Sequence record: PQ843332.1
Origin: Escherichia phage P-GXEC-L2P5
Direction: 5' to 3' (one strand)
DNA length: 64,000 bases
In this document: in pieces, positions 19,387 through 30,928 of the stretch
Numbering within the stretch: position 1 is the stretch's first letter
How the letters are laid out: each line of letters opens with the position of its first letter
Made by a program: the position numbers and the translations under genes
Notes under the pieces: generated by a model
What the model saw: the letters and a program-made list of their open reading frames with translations, nothing else
Told to the model about the DNA's origin: nothing
Databases searched by the model: none

Positions 19387-20641
19387 ATGTCTTTAACAGT
19401 GTTCCAGCGTAAACTCGTCACCGCGGTTACGCAAATGATCCCCGACAACCTGAACGTGTTCAACGCCGCCGCCAATGGCGCTGTTGTTCTCGGTACTGGT
19501 GAAGTGCTGAAGGATGTTATTGAGAAAATGTCCGTAGGCTTGATCGCCAACCTCGTTACCGACCGTAACGCCTACGCCCCTGTCGGCACTCCGGCAACCG
19601 CGAAAGTTCTGGCGCGTATGCTGACCAACTCGGTTAACCTTTCCGCAAAAGTGGGTCCGGTAGCAATCACTAAGGCTATGATGGCTAAGATCGAAACCAA
19701 CCCAACTCAGTTAACCTTTCCGCGAAAGTGGGTCCGGTAGCAATCACTAAGGCTATGATGGCTAAGATCGAAACCAACGTTAACAGCGTTGCGGCTGAGA
19801 TTGCGGCACAGGCTACTCAAGCGATTATGCTGCACTACCTGAAAGCTGGTATCGGCGCAAGTAAAGCGGCGATCGAAAGCAACGCAGCGGCAAAATACAC
19901 CCAACCGGCGCGCGTTGACGGCGTTGGCGGTCGTACCTTCCCGACCCTGTCGAAAGCAACGCAGCGGCAAACTACACCCAACCGGCGCGCGTTGACGGCG
20001 TTGGCGGTCGTACCTTCCCGACCCTGGCAGACTTCCCGCTGGCGGCTTCTAAGTTCGGCGATCAGGCGTCTTTGATTAAGTCCTGGTTTATGGACGGCGT
20101 TACCTGGGCAAACTTCATTGCGTACCAGGCACTCCCTTCCGCTGAACAGGTATTCGCAATTGGCGATCTACAGGTAATGGGTGATGGCCTGGGCCGTCGA
20201 TTCATTATCTCCGATGCCGCTGCCGATTCTATGGGCGCTGGTAACATGCTGGGTCTGGTTCCTGGCGCGGTTGCAGTTACCACCAACGGCCTCGATATGC
20301 TGGCGCAGGAGAAAGGCGGTAACGAGAACATCGAACGCTGGTGGCAGGGCGAGTTCGACTTCAACGTGGCCGTTAAAGGCTACCGTCTGAAGGCGTCCGC
20401 TCGTACCCCGATCGAAGGTGTGCGCTCGTTCAAGCTGGACGATATCACCACTTCCGCTAACTGGGAACTGGACCAGGGCCAGGTAGACAACGCACCGGCA
20501 ACCGTGCAGGATGTTGGCGCTGTGGGGGATGGCGATACTAAAGGCCGTCGTAAGACCCAGGCCGCACAGGCAGTGCCTACCCGCCACATCAAGGAAACGG
20601 CTGGCGTACTGGTTACGCTGACTGCGACTACCGCGTCTTAA
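19387..20641 (+). CDS. major capsid protein; frame broken by duplications
   Basis: About 370 aa once duplications are collapsed; follows scaffold and is followed by a strong terminator; assignment by position. Confidence 0.7.
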
Positions 20642-20658
20642 CGGGCGCAAATCCCAAA

Positions 20659-20685
20659 GGGGCGGGCTTATGCCCGCCTTTTTTA
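20659..20685 (+). terminator. rho-independent terminator
   Basis: GGCGGGC-ttat-GCCCGCC followed by TTTTTTAT. Confidence 0.8.
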
Positions 20686-20699
20686 TAGGAGTGAATACA

Positions 20700-21200
20700 A
20701 TGTATGGCGACCCGCAAACCTTTATTGATTATGCCGCTGCGCGAGGCGTTGAAGTCACGCTGAGCGATGCAACGCGACACCTTACCATCGTTAATGACTT
20801 CCTTAACGGCATCAACTGGATCGGCGAACCGGCGGACCAGACAGGAATAGACGCATGGCCCCGCATCAATTACCCATCGGACGGTAAGCCGGTGCGCGAC
20901 ACGCTAACCGAAGTCGTGGCGGTAGTGCCTGCCAGGCAAATCGTAGACTTTGCATCAATCCCCGTTGCCGTTGAGCAAGCTGTTTACCGGCTGGCGCTGT
21001 TGGTGGCGGACGAGATCGATATTTCTCCGGTCGGCGATGGTAAAGAGACTATCCGCGAAACGGTCGGCCCGATAACGATGGAATATGACCCGGCGTCGAT
21101 TGGTAGCGGGGTGTCGTTCCCGTGGTGGGATGGCTTGTTAGGGCACTGGGTTGATTCTGGCGGCAACGCCGCAGGCAATTTCGACGTATTCAGGGGGTAA
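20700..21200 (+). CDS. putative head-tail connector/adaptor protein
   Basis: ORF 20670..21200 with ATG at 20700; assignment by position. Confidence 0.4.
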   Translation: MYGDPQTFIDYAAARGVEVTLSDATRHLTIVNDFLNGINWIGEPADQTGIDAWPRINYPSDGKPVRDTLTEVVAVVPARQIVDFASIPVAVEQAVYRLALLVADEIDISPVGDGKETIRETVGPITMEYDPASIGSGVSFPWWDGLLGHWVDSGGNAAGNFDVFRG

Positions 21201-21307
21201 TATGAATCCTGCATTACTCGCGGCGATAATCGCCGCCAACACTAAACAGCCGCCGGAACAAGAACCGGAGCCAGAACCAGTACAACCGGCACAGGAGAGC
21301 GAAGAAG

Positions 21308-21661
21308 ATGGCGGGCTTTAATTACGCAGGATTAAAGCGGAAAGTGAATCCGCTGATTAAAAAATTCGGCATGACCGTTACGGTTACGCGTCCGGGATCG
21401 GTTGACCGTGTAGACGGCGACGAAGTGGTAATCCCGCCAACGTCGTTTGACGTCATCGGTCTTCGCGAGGAGTACAAGCCTAGCGAGATCGACGGAACGC
21501 GTATCGTTGCCGGTGATGTGAAGTTTTTATGTCGGGCGGTTGAGCAATTGCGGGTGGGCGACCTTGTTAACCTGAACGGCACTGACTACCGGGTAGTCAA
21601 CCCGAACCCACTGCAACCGGCTGGCACTACCATGCTGTTTCAACTACAGCTAAGGGGCTAA
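21308..21661 (+). CDS. putative head-tail joining protein
   Basis: 117-aa ORF in the head-tail junction block. Confidence 0.4.
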   Translation: MAGFNYAGLKRKVNPLIKKFGMTVTVTRPGSVDRVDGDEVVIPPTSFDVIGLREEYKPSEIDGTRIVAGDVKFLCRAVEQLRVGDLVNLNGTDYRVVNPNPLQPAGTTMLFQLQLRG

Positions 21662-21739
21662 CGTGGCTGAAGTCTACTCATTCGCCGCCACTATTGCTAC
21701 GTACGACCATGCTGTTTCAACTACAGCTAAGGGGATAAC

Positions 21740-22487
21740 GTGGCTGAAGTCTACTCATTCGCCGCCACTATTGCTACGTGGGTGGATAAGACGAAGGAGA
21801 ACAACGATAAGGCGGTGCGGGCGTACGGAATGCAAATACTCGGACGCCTTATTGAGATCTCCCCGGTGGGCGACCCTCGCCGGTGGAAGATTAACAAGGC
21901 CTACGCGCTTGCACGCGAACACGCGAACAAGGTGAACGCCGCGCAGCGCCGCAAGAATGGCGGCAAACTGAAGCGCGGGCAGAAGAAGCACGCCAGTGTG
22001 CTCATCTCATTCAAAACTAAAAACGGCAACGTCACGTTCCGCCAGCGTGGCTGGGCTGCGAAGAATTACACCGGCGGACGCTTCCATTCAAGACTAAAAA
22101 CGGCAACGTCACGTTCCGCCAGCGTGGCTGGGCTGCGAAGAATTACACCGGCGGACGCTTCCGGGGAAACTGGCAGGTTACGTTCGACCGACCGGCGGTC
22201 GGCGCTATTGACCGCGTGGACAAGGCCGGAACGGCAACATTAGCCGCAGGGCGTGAAGTGCTGGCGCATTACGATTCCGGTGAATACGCCGCGTGGACAA
22301 GGCCGGAACGGCAACATTAGCCGCTGGGCGTGAAGTGCTGGCGCATTACGATTCCGGTGAATACGGGTCGATCTGGTTTACTAACAACGTGCCATACGCG
22401 CAGCGACTTGAGTATGGCTGGAGTAAACAAGCGCCCGCGGGGATTGTTCGCGTCGTAGCGGCAGAAATTAATTCGAAGGTGAAATAA
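21740..22487 (+). CDS. putative head closure / tail attachment protein (HK97 gp10-like); frame broken by duplications
   Basis: ORFs 21740..22243 and 22293..22487 are contiguous once duplications are collapsed. Confidence 0.4.
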
Positions 22488-22909
22488 TGAGCAATACCGC
22501 AATCCGCAAAGCGCTTAACAGCGTGGTTGAAGAGTTATCGGCAAGCCTGAGCACAAGCCAGCGTCCGATTAGGGTTAACTGGGAGAACGTGAGCGGCGAC
22601 CACGCAAACGGCAGCGGTGTCTACCTGGAGCCGTACCTGCTACCGGCCCCGACCCAGTTTGTGGGCTTACAGCAGAAGGGTCGGATCTATGCTGGCGTAT
22701 ATCAGGTTGCCGTGGTGTTTCCCGCGGGAACTGGAACACAGTACGCGAGCGAACTGGCGGACGCCATCACTACGTCTGATAAGTGGCTGGCGGTGAAGAT
22801 TTCCGGTGCGTCATTTCAGATTCAGGACGCGCCATACACCAGTTCAGTGATTGAAGACGTTGATCGCGCCCGCATCGTGGTTACAGTACCCTACACCTGT
22901 TGCGCCTGA
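22487..22909 (+). CDS. putative tail completion protein
   Basis: 140-aa ORF immediately upstream of the major tail gene. Confidence 0.4.
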   Translation: MSNTAIRKALNSVVEELSASLSTSQRPIRVNWENVSGDHANGSGVYLEPYLLPAPTQFVGLQQKGRIYAGVYQVAVVFPAGTGTQYASELADAITTSDKWLAVKISGASFQIQDAPYTSSVIEDVDRARIVVTVPYTCCA

Positions 22910-22970
22910 TTTGGCGCTATTCTGCGCGTGCTGTATCATTAAACCGTATATCTAAACAGGAGCGTTCATT

Positions 22971-23850
22971 ATGGGTTATCAACTTCCTAACGGGTCTAGC
23001 GTCCAGATTGGGTCCGTACTGGGCAACGGCATCGCTGTTACGGCAGCTACCAACGCCGCCGCGTCGATCTCCGACCTTACGCAAGGTTGCGTAATTACCT
23101 GCGCGGAGTCTCACGGTCTGGCTGTTGGCGACGTTGTTATGTTCACTAAAACCCCGTGGGTCCGTGCGCTGAACCGCGCGTTCATCGTTGGTAAAGTATC
23201 GGGGAACGACGTTACACTGGCGCGCTTCGATACTCAAGACGCCACCAAATACCCGACCGGTGCTTTCGGCGTAGGCACACCAGGCGAGGTGGTGAAGGTG
23301 TCGAGCTTTATCGACTTCCCGTTTATCACTATACCGGTGCTTTCGGCGTAGGCACACCAGGCGAGGTGGTGAAGGTGTCGAGCTTTATCGACTTCCCGTT
23401 TATCACTAACGTCGCCGTGTCTGGTGGCGACCAGCAGACTACTACCTTCCAGCCGTTGCAGGTGAATACCGCGATTAGTCTGAACACCACGAAAAACCCG
23501 TTGGTCCAGACTTACACCTTCACCCATGACGAAGAAGACCCGATCCGCCCAATCCTGGAAGACCTGGACGACACACAGAAAACCACTGTGATTAAGTTCA
23601 CTAACCCGGCAGCGGCAAGCGGCAAAGGTGAGATCCGCATTTACCCGGCTAAGGTGTCTTTCCGGAAGATTCCATCGGCTGAAGAGCGGCAGCAAGCGGC
23701 AAAGGTGAGATTCGCATTTACCCGGCTAAGGTGTCTTTCCGGAAGATTCCATCGGCTGAAGTAAACAACGTGGAGACGGTGGAGTCCACTCTGACCATGC
23801 AATCCGATATGGTTATTTACCGTAAGGACCTGGTTGAAGCGCTGTCGTAA
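22971..23850 (+). CDS. major tail (tube) protein; frame broken by duplications
   Basis: About 250 aa; followed by a strong terminator and then the chaperone genes. Confidence 0.65.
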
Positions 23851-23878
23851 TTTGGTCGCTTAAATAGCGGGTGTTAAT

Positions 23879-23904
23879 ATGGGGCCAGTACGGCCCCTTT
23901 TTTA
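23879..23904 (+). terminator. rho-independent terminator
   Basis: GGGGCC-agtac-GGCCCC followed by TTTTTTATT. Confidence 0.8.
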
Positions 23905-23919
23905 TTGGAGAATACTACA

Positions 23920-24282
23920 ATGGCAAAAGCACCACTCTTTACACTTGACCCTAAGCCGACCTTTAAGCTGCCGATTGAGATCCCGCGCCCCGGTGAAAAC
24001 GAACCGGGAAAAATGACGTTTACCGTGCGCCACCGCCCGATCGACGAATTTTCGCAAACCATGCAGGACACCGAACGAAAGTTGTCGGAATATGACGACA
24101 ATGACCCGGACGGCTTTAACGTTATGGTCGAGGCCATCATGCACGTCGCAGAAGGCTGGAATCTGCCAGACGAATTTAACGCGGAGAACGTCCGCCGCCT
24201 GGTGGTAAACTATCCGCGCGCGTTCGGGGTGTTCCACACGTCGTACTATCTTGAACTGATGGGATTGCGTGAAAAAAACTAA
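23920..24282 (+). CDS. tail assembly chaperone (G-like)
   Basis: GGAG RBS and ATG at 23920; ends at TAA 24280..24282 just after the slippery heptamer. Confidence 0.65.
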   Translation: MAKAPLFTLDPKPTFKLPIEIPRPGENEPGKMTFTVRHRPIDEFSQTMQDTERKLSEYDDNDPDGFNVMVEAIMHVAEGWNLPDEFNAENVRRLVVNYPRAFGVFHTSYYLELMGLREKN

Positions 24283-24673
24283 TTGAGGCGGCGCGACGCT
24301 TTTATGGCCCGCCGCCTTCGTACTATCTCGAACTGATGGGATTGCGTGAAAAAAACTAATTGAGGCGGCGCGACGCTTTTATGGCCCGCCGCCACCCTCC
24401 GAAGATTTAGCCGCAAGTTTATGGGGTGCGGCCCCCGAAGATGTTTGTCCGCCTGTTGCGCTATGGCCTGACAACGCGAAGGTAGTCGCAGTCTTCACAG
24501 ATTGCTCCACGCAATGGCGCACCGGATTTGGTGGCGCATACGGCATCGACTACGGCGTGCTGGAGTGGTTATTTAAGATGCACGGTGTCGAAAACGAGCA
24601 GCGAGCGTTTAAAGATATCAAGCTAATGGAGCGAATCGCGCTTGATGAAATGGCGCAACAAAACCCCGCATAA
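23920..24673 (+). CDS. tail assembly chaperone frameshift product (GT-like)
   Basis: Hand translation of the -1 frame gives an ~130-aa extension (…KLIEAARRFYGPPPPSEDLAASLWGAAPEDV…) with no stop. Confidence 0.5.
24273..24279 (+). other. -1 programmed frameshift slippery heptamer A_AAA_AAC
   Basis: The -1 frame stays open to a TAA at 24671..24673; the site is repeated at 24350..24356 by an artefact duplication. Confidence 0.55.
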
Positions 24674-25160
24674 TGAAGCGGGACAAGCGGGACGTCCCGT
24701 TTTGTCCCGCCCCTCAAAAACTGCATACTTATTTACTATTATTGCATAAACTAAAAGCGGGACAAGCGGGACGTCCCGATCTGGCACCCCTCTGAAAAGC
24801 GCATACCTATTCAGTTTTACTGCATAAACCAAACGGGACAAAAAGCGGGACAAACAAGGGGCGGGACAAAGCGGGACAGCACCCCCGCCCCGCCAGTGCT
24901 GCCGCGGGGTTTAGCCGATCGGGACAGGCGGGACAAAGCCCAGTCTTTCAGACTAGACGGGGGTCAATGGCCCCCCTCGCGCGGTTTTTAGCCGATCGGG
25001 ACAGGCGGGACAAAGCCCAGTCTTTCAGACTAGACGGGGGTCAATGGCCCCCCTCGTCTGAGACTGAATAAGGTTTGTTTTAAATTCGCTGATACAATGT
25101 TTCAGACTAGACGGGGGTCAATGGCCCCCCTCGTCTGAGACTGAATAAGGTTTGTTTTAA
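24674..25160. repeat. non-coding iteron/hairpin region between the chaperone and tape measure genes
   Basis: agcgggacaagcgggacgtcccg twice (24677..24699, 24756..24778) with 12-bp palindrome CGGGACGTCCCG; GCGGGACA x4 at 24833..24895; GC-rich hairpin repeated; TGCATAAA boxes; AT-rich tract 24720..24760. Confidence 0.7.
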
Positions 25161-25211
25161 ATTCGCTGATACAATGTCAACCGGCAACTGCATAAAAAAG
25201 GGGGCTGCATA

Positions 25212-28008
25212 ATGGCAGATCAAGCAGCAGGCATCACGCTAAAGGCGGATGTCGCACAAATCAGAACGGCGAATACTGTGCTTGATTCATTCGCACAGAA
25301 ATCCGAGAACACAGAAAACAAGGTTAAGAAATTAAACGACACACTCGGCAAATCCAAAAAGGTTACGAGTGACGCCGCGGGTGGAATGGAGAAGCTGGCG
25401 ACTGAATCGCAGCGCGCCGCAGATGGCATGACGAAACAGGAGCGACTTGCCAACAGGTTAGGCATGTCGACCAAAAACCTGGGCTTTGCCTCGCGTAACG
25501 CCGCATTCCAGTTACAGGATATCGCAGTTACGCTTGAGATGGGGATGCCAGTTCACCGCGTCATGCTTCAGCAGTTACCACAGCTTACCGGGGCGTTCGG
25601 TGGATTGGGTAACACGCTGCGTTATGTTGCGGGCTTCCTCGGTCCGGTAGGGATCGGCATTGCAGCACTAACGGCAACGTTAGGCGTAGGAGTGGCGGTT
25701 ACGTCCCGTGCCGAAAACCAGGTCGCAGCGCTTAACAAGACGCTGGCGCTGTCGGGTAACATTTCCGGACTCACTGCAAACCAGATCCTGGTGCTATCCG
25801 AGAACGCCGAGCGCATGGGCGGGTCGTTCCGCAAGACGCGTGACACAATCCAGGCGCTGGCGGCGGCGGGTGTGAAAGCGGGTGGTGACTTCGGCGCACT
25901 GGCGACCGCAAGACGCGTGACACAATCCAGGCGCTGGCGGCGGCGGGTGTGAAAGCGGGTGGTGACTTCGGCGCACTGGGGAAGGTAGTGAATGACTTCG
26001 CGAAGGTGTCCAGCCAGCCGATCGAGGATGTGGTCGCGGCGGTGGCGAAGCTGTCAACCGACCCGGTAGGCGGCTTACGGGCATTGGCGGATAAGTATCA
26101 CGTCGTAAACGAAGCGCAGATCCAGCAGGTGCAGTCACTAGTGACGGCTGGTCGCGAAACCGAAGCGGTGGCGCTGGCTAACAAAACAGCCGCGGCGTCG
26201 TTTACCACTATGACCAACGATATTAAGTCCAACATGGGTACGCTTGAGCGGTCGATGAACGTCGTTACATCGGCAGCTAAATCTATGTGGGACGCCATCC
26301 TGGATGTGGGCCGCGCGCAGTCCTCGAATGAGTCAGAGATGAAAGCGCGTGAATCATTGCAGCGACTGACCACGGCTTACTATGCCGAGATGAAAGCGGT
26401 CAACGCTGCCGGTGGGGTGATGACCGAAGCGCAGAAAGCACGTATTAACATGCTTTATAGCGAAATGGTCGCCCAGGAGAAAGTAGTCGCGTCGCTCACC
26501 CTGCGCAACCGTGCAGAGCGTGACAACGCCAACGCCGCGGAACAATCAGCAAAGGCGAACGAGGAGGCAAACCGCACTGCCCGCGACCGCGCCGCGTTTG
26601 AGAAGGAGTACGCAACCAACGCTAAGCGGCGCGCCGACGAGATCGCCCGCCTCAATTTGCTTAATAAGCGCGGCGTGATTGACGAGAAAGAGCTTGCCGA
26701 GGCGGTGAAGCAGGTAAACGAGCGTTACAAAGACCCCGCCCCGAAGAAGGCCGCCGCTGTTCGAGTCGATGCCGGGCTGAAAATGCTGGAAGTCGCGCGA
26801 AGCGAACTGGCACAGCTTCGTGAGTCTGGAAAGCAGATCGAAGCCAACTCCTCGACGCAGACCCGAACGCAACGCGCTCAAGCGGCCCTAAACAAGCTGA
26901 TCGCGGATAATGAGCAGTTAATCGCAGCAAGCAAAGAAAGAGCACTAACGGCAGCAGAAAAGCAGCAGATGGTCGAATTCGGACGCGTGAAGGAAGTACG
27001 CGAGCAGATCGTCGAAGAAGCCAAATTGCTGGACGCGAAAGAGAAGCAGGTCAAGGCGCACGCGCAGATCGACTCCTTCGTTAAGAACCAGAACGCCGAG
27101 CTAAAAGCCACCGCGGCGGGCTATGCGCTTTCCACTCGCGAAGCGGCTAACCTGCGCGAAGAATTGCAGCTAATTGACCGCCTTAAGCGGGTGGGCGCTA
27201 GTGATACCGATATTGATCTGGCGGTGTCTAAACTGCGCGAAGTGCAGGAAGCACAGACCGGTGCTAACGCCTCACTATGGGATGGATTCAGCCGTGGGCT
27301 TAAGGATAGCGTGGATGAAATGGGTAACGGCTATACGCAGATGACGTCACTCACAAAATTCACGTTCGGCGCTATGCAGGACACGATGAACGAGTTTTTC
27401 GAGACTGGCAAGCTGAACGCAAAGGATATGGTTAAGTCCATCCTGAGCGAATTAATCAAGCTGGCTACCTCGCAGGCGTTCAAGTCCATCGTTAGCGCTT
27501 TCGGTGGCGACGGCGGCAAAAACGGATTGTTCGGCGCTATCTTCTCGGGCCTCACCAAGAATGCGGACGGCGGAGCGTACGTGGCGACGGCGGCAAAAAC
27601 GGATTGTTCGGCGCTATCTTCTCGGGCCTCACTAAGAATGCGGACGGCGGAGCTTACGCAGGGGGCAATCTCGCGGCCTATTCTGGGAAAGTGGTAAGCC
27701 AGCCTACCTTTTTCAGTTATGGCGTCCAGGCGTTCGCTAAGGGCGCAGGATTGATGGGCGAGGCTGGTCCCGAGGCCATCATGCCGCTGAAGCGCGGGCC
27801 GGACGGGAAACTGGGCGTTGCCGCGTCTGGCGCAGGCGGTGGTATGGTCGTGACGACTAACGTTTACACGGGGACCGGTAAAACGGATACCAGTGTCAGC
27901 GGGCCGGATCCCCGTACCGCGCAGGCGTTCGGCAAGCAAATCACCGAGGCGGTGAAGGCCGAGATCGTGAAGGCGACGAAACCGGGTGGTGTACTTTACA
28001 AACGATGA
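25212..28008 (+). CDS. tail tape measure protein; frame broken by duplications
   Basis: About 900 aa, alanine/coiled-coil rich, lambda gpH-like C-terminal region; GGGGG RBS. Confidence 0.85.
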
Positions 28009-28042
28009 TAAAATGGCCCTCACTACAACGTGGGGGCTTTTT

Positions 28043-28719
28043 ATGTCACAAGGTACAATCACACTAACGAAAGGAAGTAAGACCGTCACGGGCGCGGGAA
28101 CGGCGTTCCTTAGCGAGATCGGGAAGGTACTCGTATTCGCCCGCATCGACGGCAACGACTACACCGGCAAAATTGCGGCATTCAACTCGAACACGGTCAT
28201 TACTCTGAAAGATAACTGGGCCGGTCCGACGAAATCCGGTGCGGCATATGAGCTAATCGAAGCACACGACCCGCGATCAAACGAATGGCCCTATTACTGG
28301 CACCGACGAAATCCGGTGCGGCATATGAGCTAATCGAAGCACACGACCCACGGTCAAACGAATGGCCCTATTACTGGCACATGCAATTGCAGGGCGGCGG
28401 CGACGTGCAGTTAGCTTTCCGGTCGGAGGAATTGCAATTCGGTAATGGCTACGGACAGAACATCGCGGACGGACCGAACGCAGAAACGAAACAGTTCCCC
28501 GTGCAATTCGTCGGACTGACTACTGATAAGTGGTGCGACCCTAAACTGGTTTATAACTTTCTGCGCGGTCACTTCGTCAAGCCGTTTGTTGTCACCGCTC
28601 CAGATGGCGAAACAGGTTTATTCGTGGTCGAGCGTTCGAGCTTGTCGTACACTGACAACGGGCACTACACGGCAACTGTGTCCGCCACCCTTAAGACAGC
28701 TATTGGATTCGTAAGATGA
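28043..28719 (+). CDS. minor tail protein (gpM-position)
   Basis: Follows the tape measure gene; N-terminus resembles the tail fiber N-terminus (35730); duplication near 28230..28380. Confidence 0.5.
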
Positions 28720-29504
28720 ATAAACTATATCGCGAGGCGACGCGCTTTGACCCATCGGGACGCGTTCGCCTGATTCACATTGACGCGCAGGACGTGGAGC
28801 CTGGCGACGGCGCGATCGGCGCGGGCCATCACTATTTTCACTACTGCTTTATTCCGCACACTGCCGAGGATATTGCTGCCGCGGGCGGAGACGAGGACAA
28901 GCTAAAGCCCAAATCTATCTTCTTCGGCGGGCAGGAATTCGAATTCTGGCCCTTCGATTTGTCCGGCCTTAACTTCTCCACATCAACGGCAGCAGAACCG
29001 CAGCTAACCATCGTTGATATTGGCGGCATAATCACCCGGCTGTCGCTGAATCACGACCAGCTACTGGGCGCGAAGGTTGAAATAATCGACACGTTTGCGA
29101 AGTTCCTGGATAACGGGTCGGATCCAGACCCGACGCAAAAACGTGTCCAGGAGTATTACATCGACTCACAGGTTGGGCGCAATCCAGGCAAGCAGATCAC
29201 CTTCGCATTATCCTCACCCGCGGATATGGAGGGGCAAGTAGTTCCCCGCCGCCAGATCATGAACATGTGCGAATGGGCGCTCAATGGGAAGTACGCCAGC
29301 GGGGACGGCTGCACGTGGAACCTTGCGAAGCCTGGCATCAAGTATTACGACGAGCGAGGTAATGAAGTCATCGCGATGAACATGGACCGATGCGGCGGCT
29401 GTTTGTCCGACTGTTATCTTCGATTTGGGCAAGGGCTTGCGGACCCTAAAGCGGCGGTGCTGGACTTCGGCGGCTTTCCGGGGTCCAGATTAATTAAGGG
29501 GTAG
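28716..29504 (+). CDS. minor tail protein L-like (Fe-S cluster cysteines)
   Basis: C-terminal CGGCLSDC cysteine cluster as in lambda gpL; gene order M-L-K-I-J. Confidence 0.7.
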   Translation: MNKLYREATRFDPSGRVRLIHIDAQDVEPGDGAIGAGHHYFHYCFIPHTAEDIAAAGGDEDKLKPKSIFFGGQEFEFWPFDLSGLNFSTSTAAEPQLTIVDIGGIITRLSLNHDQLLGAKVEIIDTFAKFLDNGSDPDPTQKRVQEYYIDSQVGRNPGKQITFALSSPADMEGQVVPRRQIMNMCEWALNGKYASGDGCTWNLAKPGIKYYDERGNEVIAMNMDRCGGCLSDCYLRFGQGLADPKAAVLDFGGFPGSRLIKG

Positions 29505-29506
29505 TC

Positions 29507-30247
29507 ATGTTAACGAAGAAGGTTAAAAGCGATATCGCCGCACACGTCGCGGCATGTCTGCCGGAAGAAGCCTGCGGCCTGGTTGTCATGGTGGGCCGCA
29601 AACAAGTTTTTATCCCGTGCGTTAACGTATTCGAAGATCCTACCGGTGCGCGCTCGCGTAAGGACGCGTTTACAATCAGTGATACGGCCTGGATGGATGC
29701 TGAGGATATGGGCGATGTCGTTCGCGTAGTCCACTCACACCCAGGTCAGCGCGAGTTAACCCCGTCATTGGGTGACGTCAACGGCTGCAACGGCAGCGGC
29801 GTCGTCTGGACAATTACCAATGAGTATGGCGACTTTATCGAGATCGACCCGGAAGACCCGCCACTGGTGGGTCGCCGATTTGTTCTCGGAATTACGGATT
29901 GTTATGGCCTCGTTATGGACTGGCATAAAAAGCATGGCGTAAACCTGCCAGACTTCCGCGTACCGTACAACTGGTGGGAGACAGGCGAAAACCTGTATAT
30001 GGACAATTGGTATGGAGCGGGCTTCCGGGAGTGTGCGGAGAATACGCCAGGGGCGATGGTCATCATGCAGATTAGCGCGCCAGTGCCTAACCACGCCGGA
30101 ATCTACCTTCCGGGCAACCAACTACTACACCATATCTACGGCAGCCTGTCGAGCGTGATCCCCTTCCGGGCAGGATTTTTCCGCGACAATGTGGTTAAAT
30201 GGGTACGTCATAAAGACTTACCGTGGGATATCACAGAATGGCAATGA
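29507..30247 (+). CDS. tail assembly protein K-like (MPN/JAB plus NlpC/P60 domains)
   Basis: EACGLV...HSHP (JAB-like) and DCYGLV...HAGIY (NlpC/P60-like Cys/His). Confidence 0.7.
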   Translation: MLTKKVKSDIAAHVAACLPEEACGLVVMVGRKQVFIPCVNVFEDPTGARSRKDAFTISDTAWMDAEDMGDVVRVVHSHPGQRELTPSLGDVNGCNGSGVVWTITNEYGDFIEIDPEDPPLVGRRFVLGITDCYGLVMDWHKKHGVNLPDFRVPYNWWETGENLYMDNWYGAGFRECAENTPGAMVIMQISAPVPNHAGIYLPGNQLLHHIYGSLSSVIPFRAGFFRDNVVKWVRHKDLPWDITEWQ

Positions 30248-30855
30248 CCACATTTAAATTATACGGCGTCTTAGGGCGTCGTTTTGGTAAAGTGCACAAG
30301 CTGGATTGCTTCACCCCGGGCGAAGGTATCACAGGCCTATGCGTGAAGCTGCCTGGCTTACAGGACTTTCTAATGTCGGCCCACCTGGAAAATATTATGT
30401 TCAAGGTGCGCAAAGGCAATCACACAATGACCGGATACGACGAGTTAGGAGAGTTCCACGGCGACCGCGTAGTTACCATCGCACCGGTTATGACCGGCGC
30501 AAAACGCGGACTAGGCCAATTACTGGCGGGCGTAGCCATCGTGGTGGCGTCGTTCTACACCGGCGGGCTTGCTACTGCCGCTTTCGGAGCTTCCGCCGCG
30601 ACCGCTGCCGCTATCGGTACGGCAACGTTTTCGTTCGGGATGTCGATGGCGCTGGGTGGCGTTATGCAATTGCTGTCACCGCAACCGAAAGGATTGCAGA
30701 CACGGCAGGACGTGGATAACAAGGCGTCTTATGCGTTCGGCGGACCGGTAAACACGACCGCGCAAGGTACGGCACTTGGTGTATTATGGGGCGAGCGTGA
30801 GATCGGCGGCGCTATTATTTCCGCCGGAATCGTAACCGAGGACTTGAACGAATGA
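30244..30855 (+). CDS. tail assembly protein I-like
   Basis: ATGA overlap with the K stop; glycine/alanine-rich hydrophobic middle; TGA/ATG overlap with J. Confidence 0.6.
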   Translation: MTTFKLYGVLGRRFGKVHKLDCFTPGEGITGLCVKLPGLQDFLMSAHLENIMFKVRKGNHTMTGYDELGEFHGDRVVTIAPVMTGAKRGLGQLLAGVAIVVASFYTGGLATAAFGASAATAAAIGTATFSFGMSMALGGVMQLLSPQPKGLQTRQDVDNKASYAFGGPVNTTAQGTALGVLWGEREIGGAIISAGIVTEDLNE

Positions 30856-30928
30856 CGATTATCTACGACGTCACAGGCCATAAAGGCGGCGGCGGCAAAG
30901 CCGGAATCGTAACCGAGGACTTGAACGA

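Noticed and set aside
24623-24853. Minus-strand 76-aa ORF in the chaperone to tape measure gap
   Set aside because: It overlaps the chaperone C-terminus and the repeat array, with no RBS and a repeat-derived sequence.
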